From: a virus
Lineage: Duplodnaviria; Heunggongvirae; Uroviricota; Caudoviricetes
Length of the DNA: 64,000 nucleotides
IMG/VR virus record: IMGVR_UViG_3300042868_008486
Coordinates: 108,810 to 172,809 of that record
Reading direction: 5' to 3' (one strand)
A model generated the notes under the pieces. The model was not told the origin of the DNA. It worked only from the letters and a program-made list of their open reading frames with translations, and ran no database searches. The position numbers were made by a program, and so were the translations under genes. This document shows positions 17,824 through 27,694 of this stretch, one piece after another (within the stretch, counting starts at the first letter, position 1; every line of letters starts with the position of its first letter).

Positions 17824-17871
17824 ATCCGTTACATTTTTAACGAATATACTACAAATTCAAACAACCACCAA

Positions 17872-17900
17872 ATAAAAAACCCCCAATTTTACCTGGGGGT
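17872..17900 (-). terminator. rho-independent terminator
   Basis: AACCCCCA-ATTTTACC-TGGGGGTT with a T-run on the minus strand, after the stop of the 554-aa gene. Confidence 0.6.
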
Positions 17901-17905
17901 TTAAA

Positions 17906-19570
17906 TTATTTAATTCCGTAACTACGTCGAGCGTCATATAGATAGTCGGATAAGATTTCATTAAAGTACCCTTCATTAACATCAGGATACCATCTATCGT
18001 CAGGGTTCCATTTAGGTTTTTCAATATAATCCTCTAACACCATTTCATTAAATGCACATCGAATGTCATCATCACATTTTTCTAAAAATTCGTCAAATTC
18101 CACTTCACCAACTTCACTAATATATTTTGAAACATCAACTTTCAAGATAACCCCTTCATCGTTCATCTGTTCAACAGTTCCGTATTCTTCTAAACCATCT
18201 TTTAATAATCTATATAAATAATTACCATACTCATCGGCTTCAGCATTACTTTGAGCATTACCAATAGCGTGTCTGATGTCATAATTATCATCATATTCTT
18301 CAATTAATTCTTCAAGATTTTTTTCGTTAAAGTCTTCTTCAATGAATTCCTCTTCACGTTCAGCGAGAGCCCTTAACATAGTACGTATCTCAGTTTGATT
18401 CTTATCGTCAACATAATAATTTAAAGCCGAAGACCAATCAGAACCATCTTGGTCCCAAAATTCATAAGTTTCACCAGCCAATATTAATTCAAACATTGTT
18501 ACCTCAATCGTCTTATCATATTCATTACCCGCAGGTGTTGTTACTTTTTTCTTATATCTTCTATAGACATAATCGCCATCAACATATGTTCCAACATCAT
18601 CAGGGTCTAATTTAAGTGTTATGTTATAATCATAATTAGGTGCATCAATAATACCCATATCGGCTAATTTTCTCATCATTGCCCGACCTTCAAACAATTC
18701 AGGCCTATTTTCATATAAATCTCTAATAACATCTTCAGGTAAATCACTTAACTTGAAATCTTGTTGTGAAGCATATTCGGTTCCGAATCCTTGAACTAAG
18801 TAATCATCTTCTTCACCTTCACCACCTAACACATAGAATAACGGTAAAATATATTGGTGATATTCTTCTTTTGGTTTTGAGTTCTTAGGACCTTTTAACT
18901 GATACATAATACCGTCAGTACCAATTGCCGTAGTTAAATGACTTCTATTAATTGTGTATTTATTATTAATTGGTTTTGTCTCACGTAATGAATATATATA
19001 TCCATAACTTGAACGTCCACAGTGCCCCATTCTTTCCGACTCTTCTTTTGAATCCTTAGTATTTAAATCAGCCCAATAGAACCCATTACCATTTTCATCA
19101 CGGAAATCTTTTATAATTTCATTTTTCTCAACGTAATTGATATCACCCTCACCCAATCCTAATGAGTCGTGCCATTCCTTAGACTTTTTAGCTAATTCGT
19201 CTAACTGTAAGTTTTTAAATGGTTTTACATTACCATCCAAACCAACACGAATCCAATCCATAATTCCAATAATTGTCTGACGATATCTACTAATTACACT
19301 ACTATTATTAATTTCTTTAATTGTAATTGCATTAATATCAACACCTTCTTCCCAAGATTTAAAATGAGTGTCCTGTAAATATTTCTTAACACGACCTAAC
19401 ATCCACACTGATAATGAACCACACAATTCATCTAATAATTCAGCCTGGTCTTTGTCTAACCCTTCTTTATCGGTTAATATTTTTAACTTTGACGCTTCAA
19501 CTAATAATTCATCCTGAATACCCATCATAGATTGAATCTTACTAATATGTTCGGCTAATAAATTTCTCAT
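17906..19570 (-). CDS. hypothetical protein (554 aa)
   Basis: Long ORF, no recognisable motif. Confidence 0.6.
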   Translation of the reverse strand: MRNLLAEHISKIQSMMGIQDELLVEASKLKILTDKEGLDKDQAELLDELCGSLSVWMLGRVKKYLQDTHFKSWEEGVDINAITIKEINNSSVISRYRQTIIGIMDWIRVGLDGNVKPFKNLQLDELAKKSKEWHDSLGLGEGDINYVEKNEIIKDFRDENGNGFYWADLNTKDSKEESERMGHCGRSSYGYIYSLRETKPINNKYTINRSHLTTAIGTDGIMYQLKGPKNSKPKEEYHQYILPLFYVLGGEGEEDDYLVQGFGTEYASQQDFKLSDLPEDVIRDLYENRPELFEGRAMMRKLADMGIIDAPNYDYNITLKLDPDDVGTYVDGDYVYRRYKKKVTTPAGNEYDKTIEVTMFELILAGETYEFWDQDGSDWSSALNYYVDDKNQTEIRTMLRALAEREEEFIEEDFNEKNLEELIEEYDDNYDIRHAIGNAQSNAEADEYGNYLYRLLKDGLEEYGTVEQMNDEGVILKVDVSKYISEVGEVEFDEFLEKCDDDIRCAFNEMVLEDYIEKPKWNPDDRWYPDVNEGYFNEILSDYLYDARRSYGIK

Positions 19571-19580
19571 TCTAAAAGTT

Positions 19581-19592
19581 TATTTATAAATA
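19581..19592. promoter_or_regulatory. palindromic TATTTATAAATA element in divergent intergenic region
   Basis: Exact 12-mer palindrome containing the T4-late-like TATAAATA on both strands. 11 nt from the minus ATG at 19570 and 75 nt from the plus ATG at 19668. Confidence 0.4.
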
Positions 19593-19667
19593 TCAAGTAA
19601 ATCAATTGGTGAATTCAAATAATTTCATATCTTTGATAATATACAACAACCCATTAAAATAACAGAT

Positions 19668-20225
19668 ATGAAAACTTTAGCGACAATATTAGTAATCTTA
19701 ATGACATTCAACGTTAACTCTCAAAGTGGTTACAAACTATACTCTAAAGTATGGTTATTTGATTACAACAATAAAACTGCGGTAGTTCAACCAATTAACG
19801 GTTCAGTTAGTTTTAGATATGACTACTTAGACTCAGTTAATACCAAAATAGACACTAACAAAATAAAATCATATTTGTTAAAATCATTTAATGAATTCAG
19901 AAATGATTATGGAAAATGTTCTGTCGTTGAGAACCATCAATTAACTATAGAGTCTAAGAATTACTCTAAAAAATTGGTAAAAAAATACTGTCACGATAAA
20001 ATAACTAAAGGTTCGGAATGTATTTCTATGTTACCACTTATTACTTTCACATTAATCAAAAAAACTGATGGTGATTTTAATAAATTAGTTGCGGAATCTA
20101 TCTTCGACGTATTTGTTACCTCTAAGAACCATATGGATGTTTTACTTGACAACGAATACAAAGAATTTGGGTTTGGGTTTACCATTGAAAACTCAAACAT
20201 TTACATTGTTGTTCGTGGGATATAA
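19668..20225 (+). CDS. secreted hypothetical protein
   Basis: Signal peptide MKTLATILVILMTFNVNSQ. Confidence 0.55.
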   Translation: MKTLATILVILMTFNVNSQSGYKLYSKVWLFDYNNKTAVVQPINGSVSFRYDYLDSVNTKIDTNKIKSYLLKSFNEFRNDYGKCSVVENHQLTIESKNYSKKLVKKYCHDKITKGSECISMLPLITFTLIKKTDGDFNKLVAESIFDVFVTSKNHMDVLLDNEYKEFGFGFTIENSNIYIVVRGI

Positions 20226-20253
20226 AAAAAGGGAGTGTTAAACTCCCTTTTTA
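20224..20253. terminator. bidirectional terminator
   Basis: GGGAGT-GTTAAA-CTCCC hairpin with an A-run on one side and a T-run on the other. Lies between convergent genes. Confidence 0.6.
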
Positions 20254-20254
20254 A

Positions 20255-21451
20255 TTAATCTTCGGTTCCCCAATGAATAGTGCCTTTCATATTGGTTGAC
20301 CAATCTTTAGGCCCTTCACCCCAAGTTTCACATTGCATTTGAGAATTAGGTTCACCAACTTTACATTTAGATTGAGTTTTTGGATTCCAAATATATGCTA
20401 ATTTAATACCCGGAATTCTATATGGAATCTTAGGAACTTTAAACGCTACACCGTAATCATAATCAAAATCATAAGTAGGATATGTTTTTGATGGGTCTGT
20501 CTTTAACTTAGAATTACCCGAAATATTTAAATCTAAAGCAATTTTTAAATATTTATCGGATTCATAATCCGACTTATCTTTTGATGCTCCAGGTTGACCA
20601 TAAATATCACCACTGTTACTTGACGCTCCCAAATATTTACCCGTAAGATTACCTTCCCAATTAGGTGTATAAATTAATTTTGGTGATATTGTAACACCAA
20701 TTGATTTTAATTCAGCAATAACAAATTCTTTAGCCGACTCGTTTCTTAATTTTGATAATTCGGCAAAAGTATGAACTTTACCATCAGGTGATGTACCATT
20801 AGGTAATGTTGAACAAGATGTTTTGATTGTTAATCCATTTAATAATCCCTTACTATTAGGCGTATTAATTAAAGCGTCTTTAACCTTTTTTAGGGTTGTT
20901 TCTCTAAATTGAGCAACAAACTCAGGGTCCAATTTCCAACTATTATCAATAAAGTATTTTTTACTTACTAAATCATCGTCAACAGGAAATTCAAAATTAA
21001 TTGGTTGAGTTGTCCCTGGCGTTTCAATTGGTTTTGTGTTTGAAGCCTTTTTAGTTCTCGCATACATAATAGTAATATTACCTTCAGTACTTGCCTTTAA
21101 TTCTGAATACACTTTCAATATCATTGCTCGATATTTTGGGTTCTTTTTTAACATTGTAACTCTAAAGTGAGTATCATTTCGTTCACCCAATTTTTTTGAC
21201 ACTTCAGCAACAAGTTGTTTGTTTTCATTATATTTTTCAACTTCTTCATCACTAATAATTTTATTAACTTCTTCAGTGTTTGTTGATGGCGGTAAATCAA
21301 ATGTGTAACCATCTTGTTTATCCCCAATAATAGCACTCAACCACGCAGGTGCGACGTTTGATGTTTTCTGTAACGTAGGTGTCCATTGTTCATTAATATT
21401 TCTCATCAACACCCTATACTGAGATTCTGTAATTATTATTTTGTGTTTCAT
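20255..21451 (-). CDS. hypothetical protein (398 aa)
   Basis: Long ORF. Confidence 0.55.
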   Translation of the reverse strand: MKHKIIITESQYRVLMRNINEQWTPTLQKTSNVAPAWLSAIIGDKQDGYTFDLPPSTNTEEVNKIISDEEVEKYNENKQLVAEVSKKLGERNDTHFRVTMLKKNPKYRAMILKVYSELKASTEGNITIMYARTKKASNTKPIETPGTTQPINFEFPVDDDLVSKKYFIDNSWKLDPEFVAQFRETTLKKVKDALINTPNSKGLLNGLTIKTSCSTLPNGTSPDGKVHTFAELSKLRNESAKEFVIAELKSIGVTISPKLIYTPNWEGNLTGKYLGASSNSGDIYGQPGASKDKSDYESDKYLKIALDLNISGNSKLKTDPSKTYPTYDFDYDYGVAFKVPKIPYRIPGIKLAYIWNPKTQSKCKVGEPNSQMQCETWGEGPKDWSTNMKGTIHWGTED

Positions 21452-21488
21452 ATCAAGTTTTTATAAATAAATATATAATCCTTTCCTT

Positions 21489-21857
21489 TTGTCAATAATT
21501 CTTATATATTTATTAACTATGAAGACAATTTTAGTTTTATTATTAGGTCTTACATTTAGTTCATTTACATTTACTACAAGAAATGTAATTCCGAGTGTTC
21601 ATACCGCTACTTGGTATGACACATCAGGTCACCCTAGAGTCCATAGGGAACACTCGACCGCAGCGTACAACAACTTACCTTTACACACTAAATTAGTTGT
21701 TACCAATTTATCAAATAACAAGACAGATACTGTTGAAGTTACTGATAGAATGGGAAACAAATCTTCAAACCGAATTGATTTAAGTAAAAAATCATTTGGG
21801 AAGTTGGCTAATCACAAAGTGGGTAAAATTCAAGTTGTAGTTGTACCATTGAAATAA
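21489..21857 (+). CDS. RlpA-like double-psi beta-barrel protein (probable true start about 21519, MKTILVLLLGL signal)
   Basis: ATWYDTSGHPRVHREHSTAAYNNLPLHTKLVVTNL...NRIDLSKKSFGKLA matches the RlpA/expansin DPBB pattern. Confidence 0.55.
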   Translation: MSIILIYLLTMKTILVLLLGLTFSSFTFTTRNVIPSVHTATWYDTSGHPRVHREHSTAAYNNLPLHTKLVVTNLSNNKTDTVEVTDRMGNKSSNRIDLSKKSFGKLANHKVGKIQVVVVPLK

Positions 21858-21858
21858 A

Positions 21859-21888
21859 CAAAAGGGGTCGATTTAGACCCCTTTTCTT
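21859..21888. terminator. bidirectional terminator
   Basis: AGGGGTC-GATTTA-GACCCCT with a flanking A-run and T-run. Confidence 0.6.
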
Positions 21889-22250
21889 ATTACCCCCATA
21901 TTTTCAATTAGATGTGGTATTCTGAAACCACAGTAATCACCTTCAAATGTGTTCATTTCAAGATAACAATCACCATCGTCACCTAATATTTCCACAATAT
22001 CATTTTGACTAATCTTTCTATAATGTACTGATGAGAATTCGTGGTCATCATAAATATAACCAACCTCATCACCACGCATTACTATTTTCATTTGACGTTC
22101 AACATCAATATCATTGGGTGTATGAACCGTCATCGGTAACCAATCACCTGTCGTTAATAATTCACAGACCTCATCACCTAAAACTATTTCATCGTCAGAT
22201 ATGATAAACAATCTATTGTCTTCACTTTGAACTAATTTTACTTTTTTCAT
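21873..22250 (-). CDS. hypothetical protein
   Basis: 125-aa ORF. Confidence 0.45.
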   Translation of the reverse strand: MKKVKLVQSEDNRLFIISDDEIVLGDEVCELLTTGDWLPMTVHTPNDIDVERQMKIVMRGDEVGYIYDDHEFSSVHYRKISQNDIVEILGDDGDCYLEMNTFEGDYCGFRIPHLIENMGVIRKGV

Positions 22251-22633
22251 TTCTTAAACATCAACATTGATTTCACCTCATCACAGAATAATTGTTTCTC
22301 AATGATAGGTGACCATTTCCCTTTGTAAGTTATTCCCCTAATTGGAATGTTATCAATCCAAACATATTCTGACTTACCTTGAATTCTTGGTTTGTCTGTT
22401 ATTAACCCGTGGTATTTAAAACCATTATCGTTCAACCATTTTTCAGTTACCTCACGGTCTTTACTTTCTCTAGCAGTAAAGAATGTAATGATATTACCTT
22501 CATCGTATAACTTATTCAATTCTTCTAAAGCCCCATCGTAGACTTTAGCGTCGGAATATAAATGACTTTCCTCATTTTTTATATCATCACAAATGGTCCC
22601 ATCTATGTCGACCAAATAAACTCGTTTCTTCAT
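22247..22633 (-). CDS. HAD-superfamily phosphatase (nucleotidase-like)
   Basis: Motif I VYLVDIDGTIC at N-terminus. 128 aa. Confidence 0.55.
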   Translation of the reverse strand: MKKRVYLVDIDGTICDDIKNEESHLYSDAKVYDGALEELNKLYDEGNIITFFTARESKDREVTEKWLNDNGFKYHGLITDKPRIQGKSEYVWIDNIPIRGITYKGKWSPIIEKQLFCDEVKSMLMFKK

Positions 22634-22947
22634 AAATTAATTCTATTTTCTCTACACATATCAGAGATAAACCTTTTTAAGTTAATTAGACTTTCTTTAT
22701 AATCACCGATAGGGTCAACAACACTTGGGAATCTTTCGTGTAACTCATCTTGTTCCAATGTGTCTTTACAACTTGAGTAGATGTCTCTAATGATTCCTAA
22801 TAAGATGTCTTCTTTATCGTAATTATCTTCAATCTTTTTATCCATAACCAAACCTTCCAATTCTTGAGCATATTCAACAAGTTCCTGAACTTCAGGTTCA
22901 TCAAGTAAGTCCCTGTTATTTCGGAAAATTTGGCTAATAGATTTCAT
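22630..22947 (-). CDS. hypothetical protein
   Basis: 105-aa ORF. Confidence 0.45.
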   Translation of the reverse strand: MKSISQIFRNNRDLLDEPEVQELVEYAQELEGLVMDKKIEDNYDKEDILLGIIRDIYSSCKDTLEQDELHERFPSVVDPIGDYKESLINLKRFISDMCRENRINL

Positions 22948-23162
22948 TACTCTTTAATAAACATATTGGTGTTAGCGATTGGTAATCTTAATACCGGTAG
23001 TTGTTTTTCCATTGCGTCTCTTTGCATCACTTGGTAAAACCCGTCATCCATAACTTTCACAGTTGGAACGTCAGTGTAATGAACGATTAAATCGGATTTT
23101 TCCGCAATACCTTCATAAAGTTTCGCAGTCTTTGTTGTTGTGTTAAATACTAATGTTTGCAT
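22947..23162 (-). CDS. hypothetical protein
   Basis: 71-aa ORF. Confidence 0.4.
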   Translation of the reverse strand: MQTLVFNTTTKTAKLYEGIAEKSDLIVHYTDVPTVKVMDDGFYQVMQRDAMEKQLPVLRLPIANTNMFIKE

Positions 23163-23237
23163 AATAATTTTTTTATTAAAGGTAGTTATTTATTTTTTCT
23201 TAATCAACACTATTTATTATTTAAGAATTAAAACATT

Positions 23238-23720
23238 ATGGCTTCAGCATTTGAATCTCTACCGGATAAAGCGGTATTTAAAATATGTCAAAAACTAATC
23301 GGACAAGAAATTGATATTGATGACTATGAAGAGTTATTTGATGCGGTGTCCGAAGTCGCTTCTTTATTTAAAATACAAGCCGGATATGTAGATTATAGTT
23401 ACATCAAAACTTATTTAAAACTGAATTTTGAAAGTATTATTAATAATGACCAATCAAGTATTGAAAAACCATCTTTAAAAGTTTACAATGTTCCTTATTA
23501 TATTATTGAGACACTTGTTGAGAGACAGGAGTTAGTTCAAAATTTCTCAACATATGAAGATGATTCATCAAACATTTCAGATATCATCATTGAATTAGAA
23601 TCTGATGATAGATTTGATATTTGGAGTGGTAATGAAAATCCTTACCGTAGTAGAGATTACATTGATAGTGAGTTAAATAGTTGGGGTGTAAGAGCCGATG
23701 AGATTAGACAAGTCAAATAA
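23238..23720 (+). CDS. hypothetical protein
   Basis: 160-aa plus-strand ORF. Confidence 0.5.
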   Translation: MASAFESLPDKAVFKICQKLIGQEIDIDDYEELFDAVSEVASLFKIQAGYVDYSYIKTYLKLNFESIINNDQSSIEKPSLKVYNVPYYIIETLVERQELVQNFSTYEDDSSNISDIIIELESDDRFDIWSGNENPYRSRDYIDSELNSWGVRADEIRQVK

Positions 23721-23815
23721 TTACCCTTTAATTTTACTAATCACTAAGTGAGTGATAACTAATAATACTAATACTGATGATAGTGTTACTTGAACGATGG
23801 CTTCGATGTTATGAA

Positions 23816-23968
23816 TCATAATGTTTTTTCCAAAACACTATCAATAACCATACCACTATTTAATTGTTTCTTTAATTTTTTTAAATCTTTGATGATTTTA
23901 TCGTAATCAATCGGGTCCGAGTCCAATTGTTTGTCAACAATCTTTTTTACCATCTTACCGATTACCTC
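23816..23968 (-). CDS. small hypothetical protein (50 aa)
   Basis: ATG overlaps the stop of the upstream 316-aa gene. Below the track cutoff. Confidence 0.2.
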   Translation of the reverse strand, partial: EVIGKMVKKIVDKQLDSDPIDYDKIIKDLKKLKKQLNSGMVIDSVLEKTL

Positions 23969-23970
23969 AT

Positions 23971-24921
23971 TCATATATAATCACCAAATAACTCATTAAT
24001 ATGTTCTTTAACATTGTAAGGGTATTCAACAATATGAAATGACAAATACTTATACTCATCACTATTCCCCATTAATACCGTTAAAATTGAAAGGAAACTA
24101 CCATAATAATCAATTGGGTTAAATGGATACCCATCAATTGTTTCATTTAAATAATCTCTAATAATCTGTTCAAATTTAGGGATTCGAATTTTTAAATTCC
24201 AACCACCTTTACCGTCTTCAGTCCAAAGGTTATCCATATCAAAATATTCGGTTAAAGCATCAAAGACATATTTTTGTTGTTCACTTTCCCAAGCGTTGTT
24301 ATAGGATTGACTATAAATATTATAAAGTTCTTGTTCCAAGTTATCGTCCATTGAATATATCTCATCAAAATAACTTTGGTCATTAATTGCATCAATCACA
24401 TTATCGTCACCTAATATAGTCCCGTCATCGAATTCAAATCCACGATGATTTTCCAAAAGATATTGTTTTAATCGTTCTTGGTTTGCAATATTTAAGTTAT
24501 CTACAACATCAACAAAAGCATCAAAACTATCTATGGTAAACATTTCAAAATATTCATTAGATAAGATAGTGTCAGCAATCCTCTCACAGGAATAATCAGC
24601 AGTAAATAATTCTTTTAAATCAGATAATTCACCTTTATAATAATAGTTACCATTTTCCACAAGAATGTCATTGAAACTCTCATTAACAATATGTTTGATA
24701 ACATCACCTGTGGTATCATTATCCAACATTGCTAATAACACCTGACCTTGATAATCTTCGTTAAAATTTGAACTATGAGGATTTAACGTCATTAAAAGAC
24801 CTTCTTTATTAATAACCTTAATTAAATTATCGAAGTTATGAAATAACTTAATTTCATCAGTCATATCATCACCATCATTTAATCTTTCAATGTAATCTAT
24901 TAAACGTTCTCTTTTTGTCAT
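23971..24921 (-). CDS. hypothetical protein (316 aa)
   Basis: Long ORF. Confidence 0.55.
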   Translation of the reverse strand: MTKRERLIDYIERLNDGDDMTDEIKLFHNFDNLIKVINKEGLLMTLNPHSSNFNEDYQGQVLLAMLDNDTTGDVIKHIVNESFNDILVENGNYYYKGELSDLKELFTADYSCERIADTILSNEYFEMFTIDSFDAFVDVVDNLNIANQERLKQYLLENHRGFEFDDGTILGDDNVIDAINDQSYFDEIYSMDDNLEQELYNIYSQSYNNAWESEQQKYVFDALTEYFDMDNLWTEDGKGGWNLKIRIPKFEQIIRDYLNETIDGYPFNPIDYYGSFLSILTVLMGNSDEYKYLSFHIVEYPYNVKEHINELFGDYI

Positions 24922-25080
24922 ACTAATAAATATTCACAACTAACTAAAAACTAGTAGTACTGTGGTCACCGAAATCGTTGTCGTAATCTTCTATAATATC
25001 TTCCATTTGTTTGGGGGGTTAAAAACATAAATATCATACCTCACTATTTATATTAAAATAAACAATAAAAAATTTTAATT

Positions 25081-25689
25081 ATGTCTTACACAAGAGAACA
25101 GATTGAGTCAGCACTTAAATCAAAAGGGTATAAATGGTTTAATGATGACGCAAATAAATCTTACGATGTCAACATCGTTGGTGTTAGAAACAATTCACCA
25201 TCAGTTGCTAAAAAGGTGACTAATGTATTTGATGACCATATCACAATTTCATTTAAAGATGAGAAAGGTGTTTGGCAATTCTATTGTTGGAACGCAACAA
25301 CAGACCCAGGTAAAAAAGGTGTTATGGAATTTCATAACAACAAAGGAGTTGCTAGATTAGTTCCTAATCAATATCGTACAACTTGGGCGGTTGATAAACA
25401 TCAGGGAAAATATGACGCTCTTTGTCAAAGATTGGCAAAAGTTAAAGTTTATCGTGATGCAAATAAAAACTTACTTTTTGAAGAAACTGTTACTGATGAA
25501 GGTATGTTTGGTATTAACATTCACAAAGCAGGAACTGATTCTACTTGGGTTGAAAATTGGTCTGAGGGATGTCAAGTATTTAAAAGAGTTAAAGACTTTG
25601 ATGTCTTTATGTCTATCTGTAAAAAAGCTTCTAAAATTCACGGTAACAAATTCAGTTACACATTATTAGAATCAACAGATATTAAATAA
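25081..25689 (+). CDS. YkuD-like (L,D-transpeptidase fold) putative peptidoglycan-active protein
   Basis: GINIHKAGTDSTWVENWSEGCQVF resembles the His...Ser-x-Gly-Cys catalytic motif of L,D-transpeptidases. Confidence 0.4.
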   Translation: MSYTREQIESALKSKGYKWFNDDANKSYDVNIVGVRNNSPSVAKKVTNVFDDHITISFKDEKGVWQFYCWNATTDPGKKGVMEFHNNKGVARLVPNQYRTTWAVDKHQGKYDALCQRLAKVKVYRDANKNLLFEETVTDEGMFGINIHKAGTDSTWVENWSEGCQVFKRVKDFDVFMSICKKASKIHGNKFSYTLLESTDIK

Positions 25690-25691
25690 CT

Positions 25692-25722
25692 AAAAACCCC
25701 CAATATTAAGGGGGTTTTTTTA
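25692..25722. terminator. bidirectional terminator
   Basis: AACCCCC-AATATTAA-GGGGGTT with a T-run. Confidence 0.6.
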
Positions 25723-26268
25723 ATTCACAATATTCACTTCAATACTACCAATACCGGTAGTCTTCAGTAAATTAAATTCCGTATATAGATAATTAGAAAT
25801 ACATTCAATCACTTCACCACTCACTTCCCATCCAATTTCATCATTATTTAACGCGTCTTCTAATGACATTTCTTCACCATCAATTTCAACTCTACCTCGT
25901 GTTTTATCAACTTTACAATCAACTTCAATAACTAAATGAATGAATGTGTCATCCCCACCACGTCTACGGTTAGCTTCATTTTCATCATACAAGGTATAAT
26001 CAATAATATCAAATTCAAAGTCATAAGACCCACAATTATTAACACGTAAATTGTAACCACCAAAATTATCCTCTAATATTTTTTCAATTTTCTCATCACC
26101 AATAAATTCCGCGAACCATCCGATGGCTTTATCACGAGCTTGCCAATCATTCTTAATCCCAATACTTATTAAATAAGCATCATCCCAATACGGTCTTTTA
26201 CTCCATATCTTACGTAATAGTTTTTTTCTTACGTCATCTAATTGTTCTTCTTTAATTAATATCTTCAT
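25720..26268 (-). CDS. hypothetical protein
   Basis: 182-aa ORF. Confidence 0.5.
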   Translation of the reverse strand: MKILIKEEQLDDVRKKLLRKIWSKRPYWDDAYLISIGIKNDWQARDKAIGWFAEFIGDEKIEKILEDNFGGYNLRVNNCGSYDFEFDIIDYTLYDENEANRRRGGDDTFIHLVIEVDCKVDKTRGRVEIDGEEMSLEDALNNDEIGWEVSGEVIECISNYLYTEFNLLKTTGIGSIEVNIVN

Positions 26269-26278
26269 ACCTATTTTT

Positions 26279-26953
26279 TTATTGGAATATTGTTATGACG
26301 TATGGTGCTTGGAAGTCGGTGTCTATATAATTAGGAACATTACCTTCACTAAAAAAAGAGTCAAACTGAGGGTAATTAATTTCAGTTTCATCATAAATAT
26401 GATGATTTTGCCACCACTCATAACCACTAAGAGCATCTTCCAAAGGCATTTCACCAACTAATGAACCATCTTCAGCTCGATATTGATATGCCTTAATTGG
26501 GTCAACTTTATTATATATAGCAACAAAGTCTTCGTCCAAATGATATTCAACATCTTTATGGTTAACCAATATTATATCATACATTTTCTCATTAGTTTCC
26601 TCGTCCTCGTAAATATTGGTTTTTAATTTCTTAACATTCGAAAGTACCGATTTAACATAATCATTAACATCATTACTCGTATAAATGTCTTTAGCACCCT
26701 CAATTTTCACATTAAATCTTGAGTGTTGACCCATACCCGCAAGTCGATTGAAGAAATCAACTTGTTCACCTAATTGTGATTCAAGTCCAGGGTTAGTATA
26801 TGACAAATCATCAGGATTCTTCATTCTAAATTTTAGAATATCAGGGCCCATACTAGCCTCAAAAACCCCTAAAGGATAACATAAAATCCCATTAATGTTT
26901 GCAACACCTTTAAAGTATTTAGTCAACATCTTTACATAAATCTCGTCATTCAT
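26279..26953 (-). CDS. hypothetical protein
   Basis: 224-aa ORF. Confidence 0.5.
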   Translation of the reverse strand: MNDEIYVKMLTKYFKGVANINGILCYPLGVFEASMGPDILKFRMKNPDDLSYTNPGLESQLGEQVDFFNRLAGMGQHSRFNVKIEGAKDIYTSNDVNDYVKSVLSNVKKLKTNIYEDEETNEKMYDIILVNHKDVEYHLDEDFVAIYNKVDPIKAYQYRAEDGSLVGEMPLEDALSGYEWWQNHHIYDETEINYPQFDSFFSEGNVPNYIDTDFQAPYVITIFQ

Positions 26954-26955
26954 AG

Positions 26956-26967
26956 TATTTATAAATA
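26956..26967. promoter_or_regulatory. palindromic TATTTATAAATA element
   Basis: Exact 12-mer between divergent starts at 26953 (minus) and 26987 (plus). Confidence 0.4.
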
Positions 26968-26986
26968 TACTACTTAATTAAAAATT

Positions 26987-27490
26987 ATGGACAAAGAAAT
27001 ATTAAAAAAAGGTTTAGAGAAATATACCAAACACATATTAAAAATTATGGTTGATTACGATATCCGTATAGCAATCAGAAATGGTATGATAAAAAAACGA
27101 GAGTTTCTTATCACCTACATCTTTACGATTGACCATTCAAAATTTTGGAGAGGTAATAGAAACAACCCCAACCCTAACTTCAGTCAAGAATATAACGATG
27201 AAGTTAACAAAATATATATGGATGAATATACTGAAGAACTTGAGACCGCAGTTAAACTTTTTGGTGTTTCAGAACCTGATGTTAGAATAGAATATAAAAG
27301 TATTAACAAAGAAATCTACGACCCACTTATTAAAAGTTTAAACAACGATTATAATGGTGAATTTAGACCGGAATTTTTATATGCAAGCCCCGCATTAGGT
27401 TTAGAGTTTACCGAACACACAGACACAAGAGTTGTTCAAGAACAATTAGAAGATGAGGGGTTTGATATTGATGACATCGCCTTTTATTAA
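26987..27490 (+). CDS. hypothetical protein
   Basis: 167-aa ORF. Confidence 0.5.
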   Translation: MDKEILKKGLEKYTKHILKIMVDYDIRIAIRNGMIKKREFLITYIFTIDHSKFWRGNRNNPNPNFSQEYNDEVNKIYMDEYTEELETAVKLFGVSEPDVRIEYKSINKEIYDPLIKSLNNDYNGEFRPEFLYASPALGLEFTEHTDTRVVQEQLEDEGFDIDDIAFY

Positions 27491-27528
27491 AAAACCCCCC
27501 ACCTTTTCAGATGAGGGGTGAGATATAA
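27491..27528 (-). terminator. hairpin terminator (CCCCACYTTTTCAG-TGAGGG family)
   Basis: Paralogous to the terminator at 28511-28541. Bulged stem with a T-run on the minus strand. Confidence 0.4.
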
Positions 27529-27694
27529 TCTTATTGTGTCGAAAAACAAATACCAGGGTAGACGAGTTTTAATGTTTAAATGTTGAACCTTGAATATTTT
27601 TGATAGTTGAACTTTGAGTCGGCATCACATTCATAAACATCGAACATCACTGAATAAGTTCTAGTATATATTTGTTAGTCAACAACAAGTCCGA

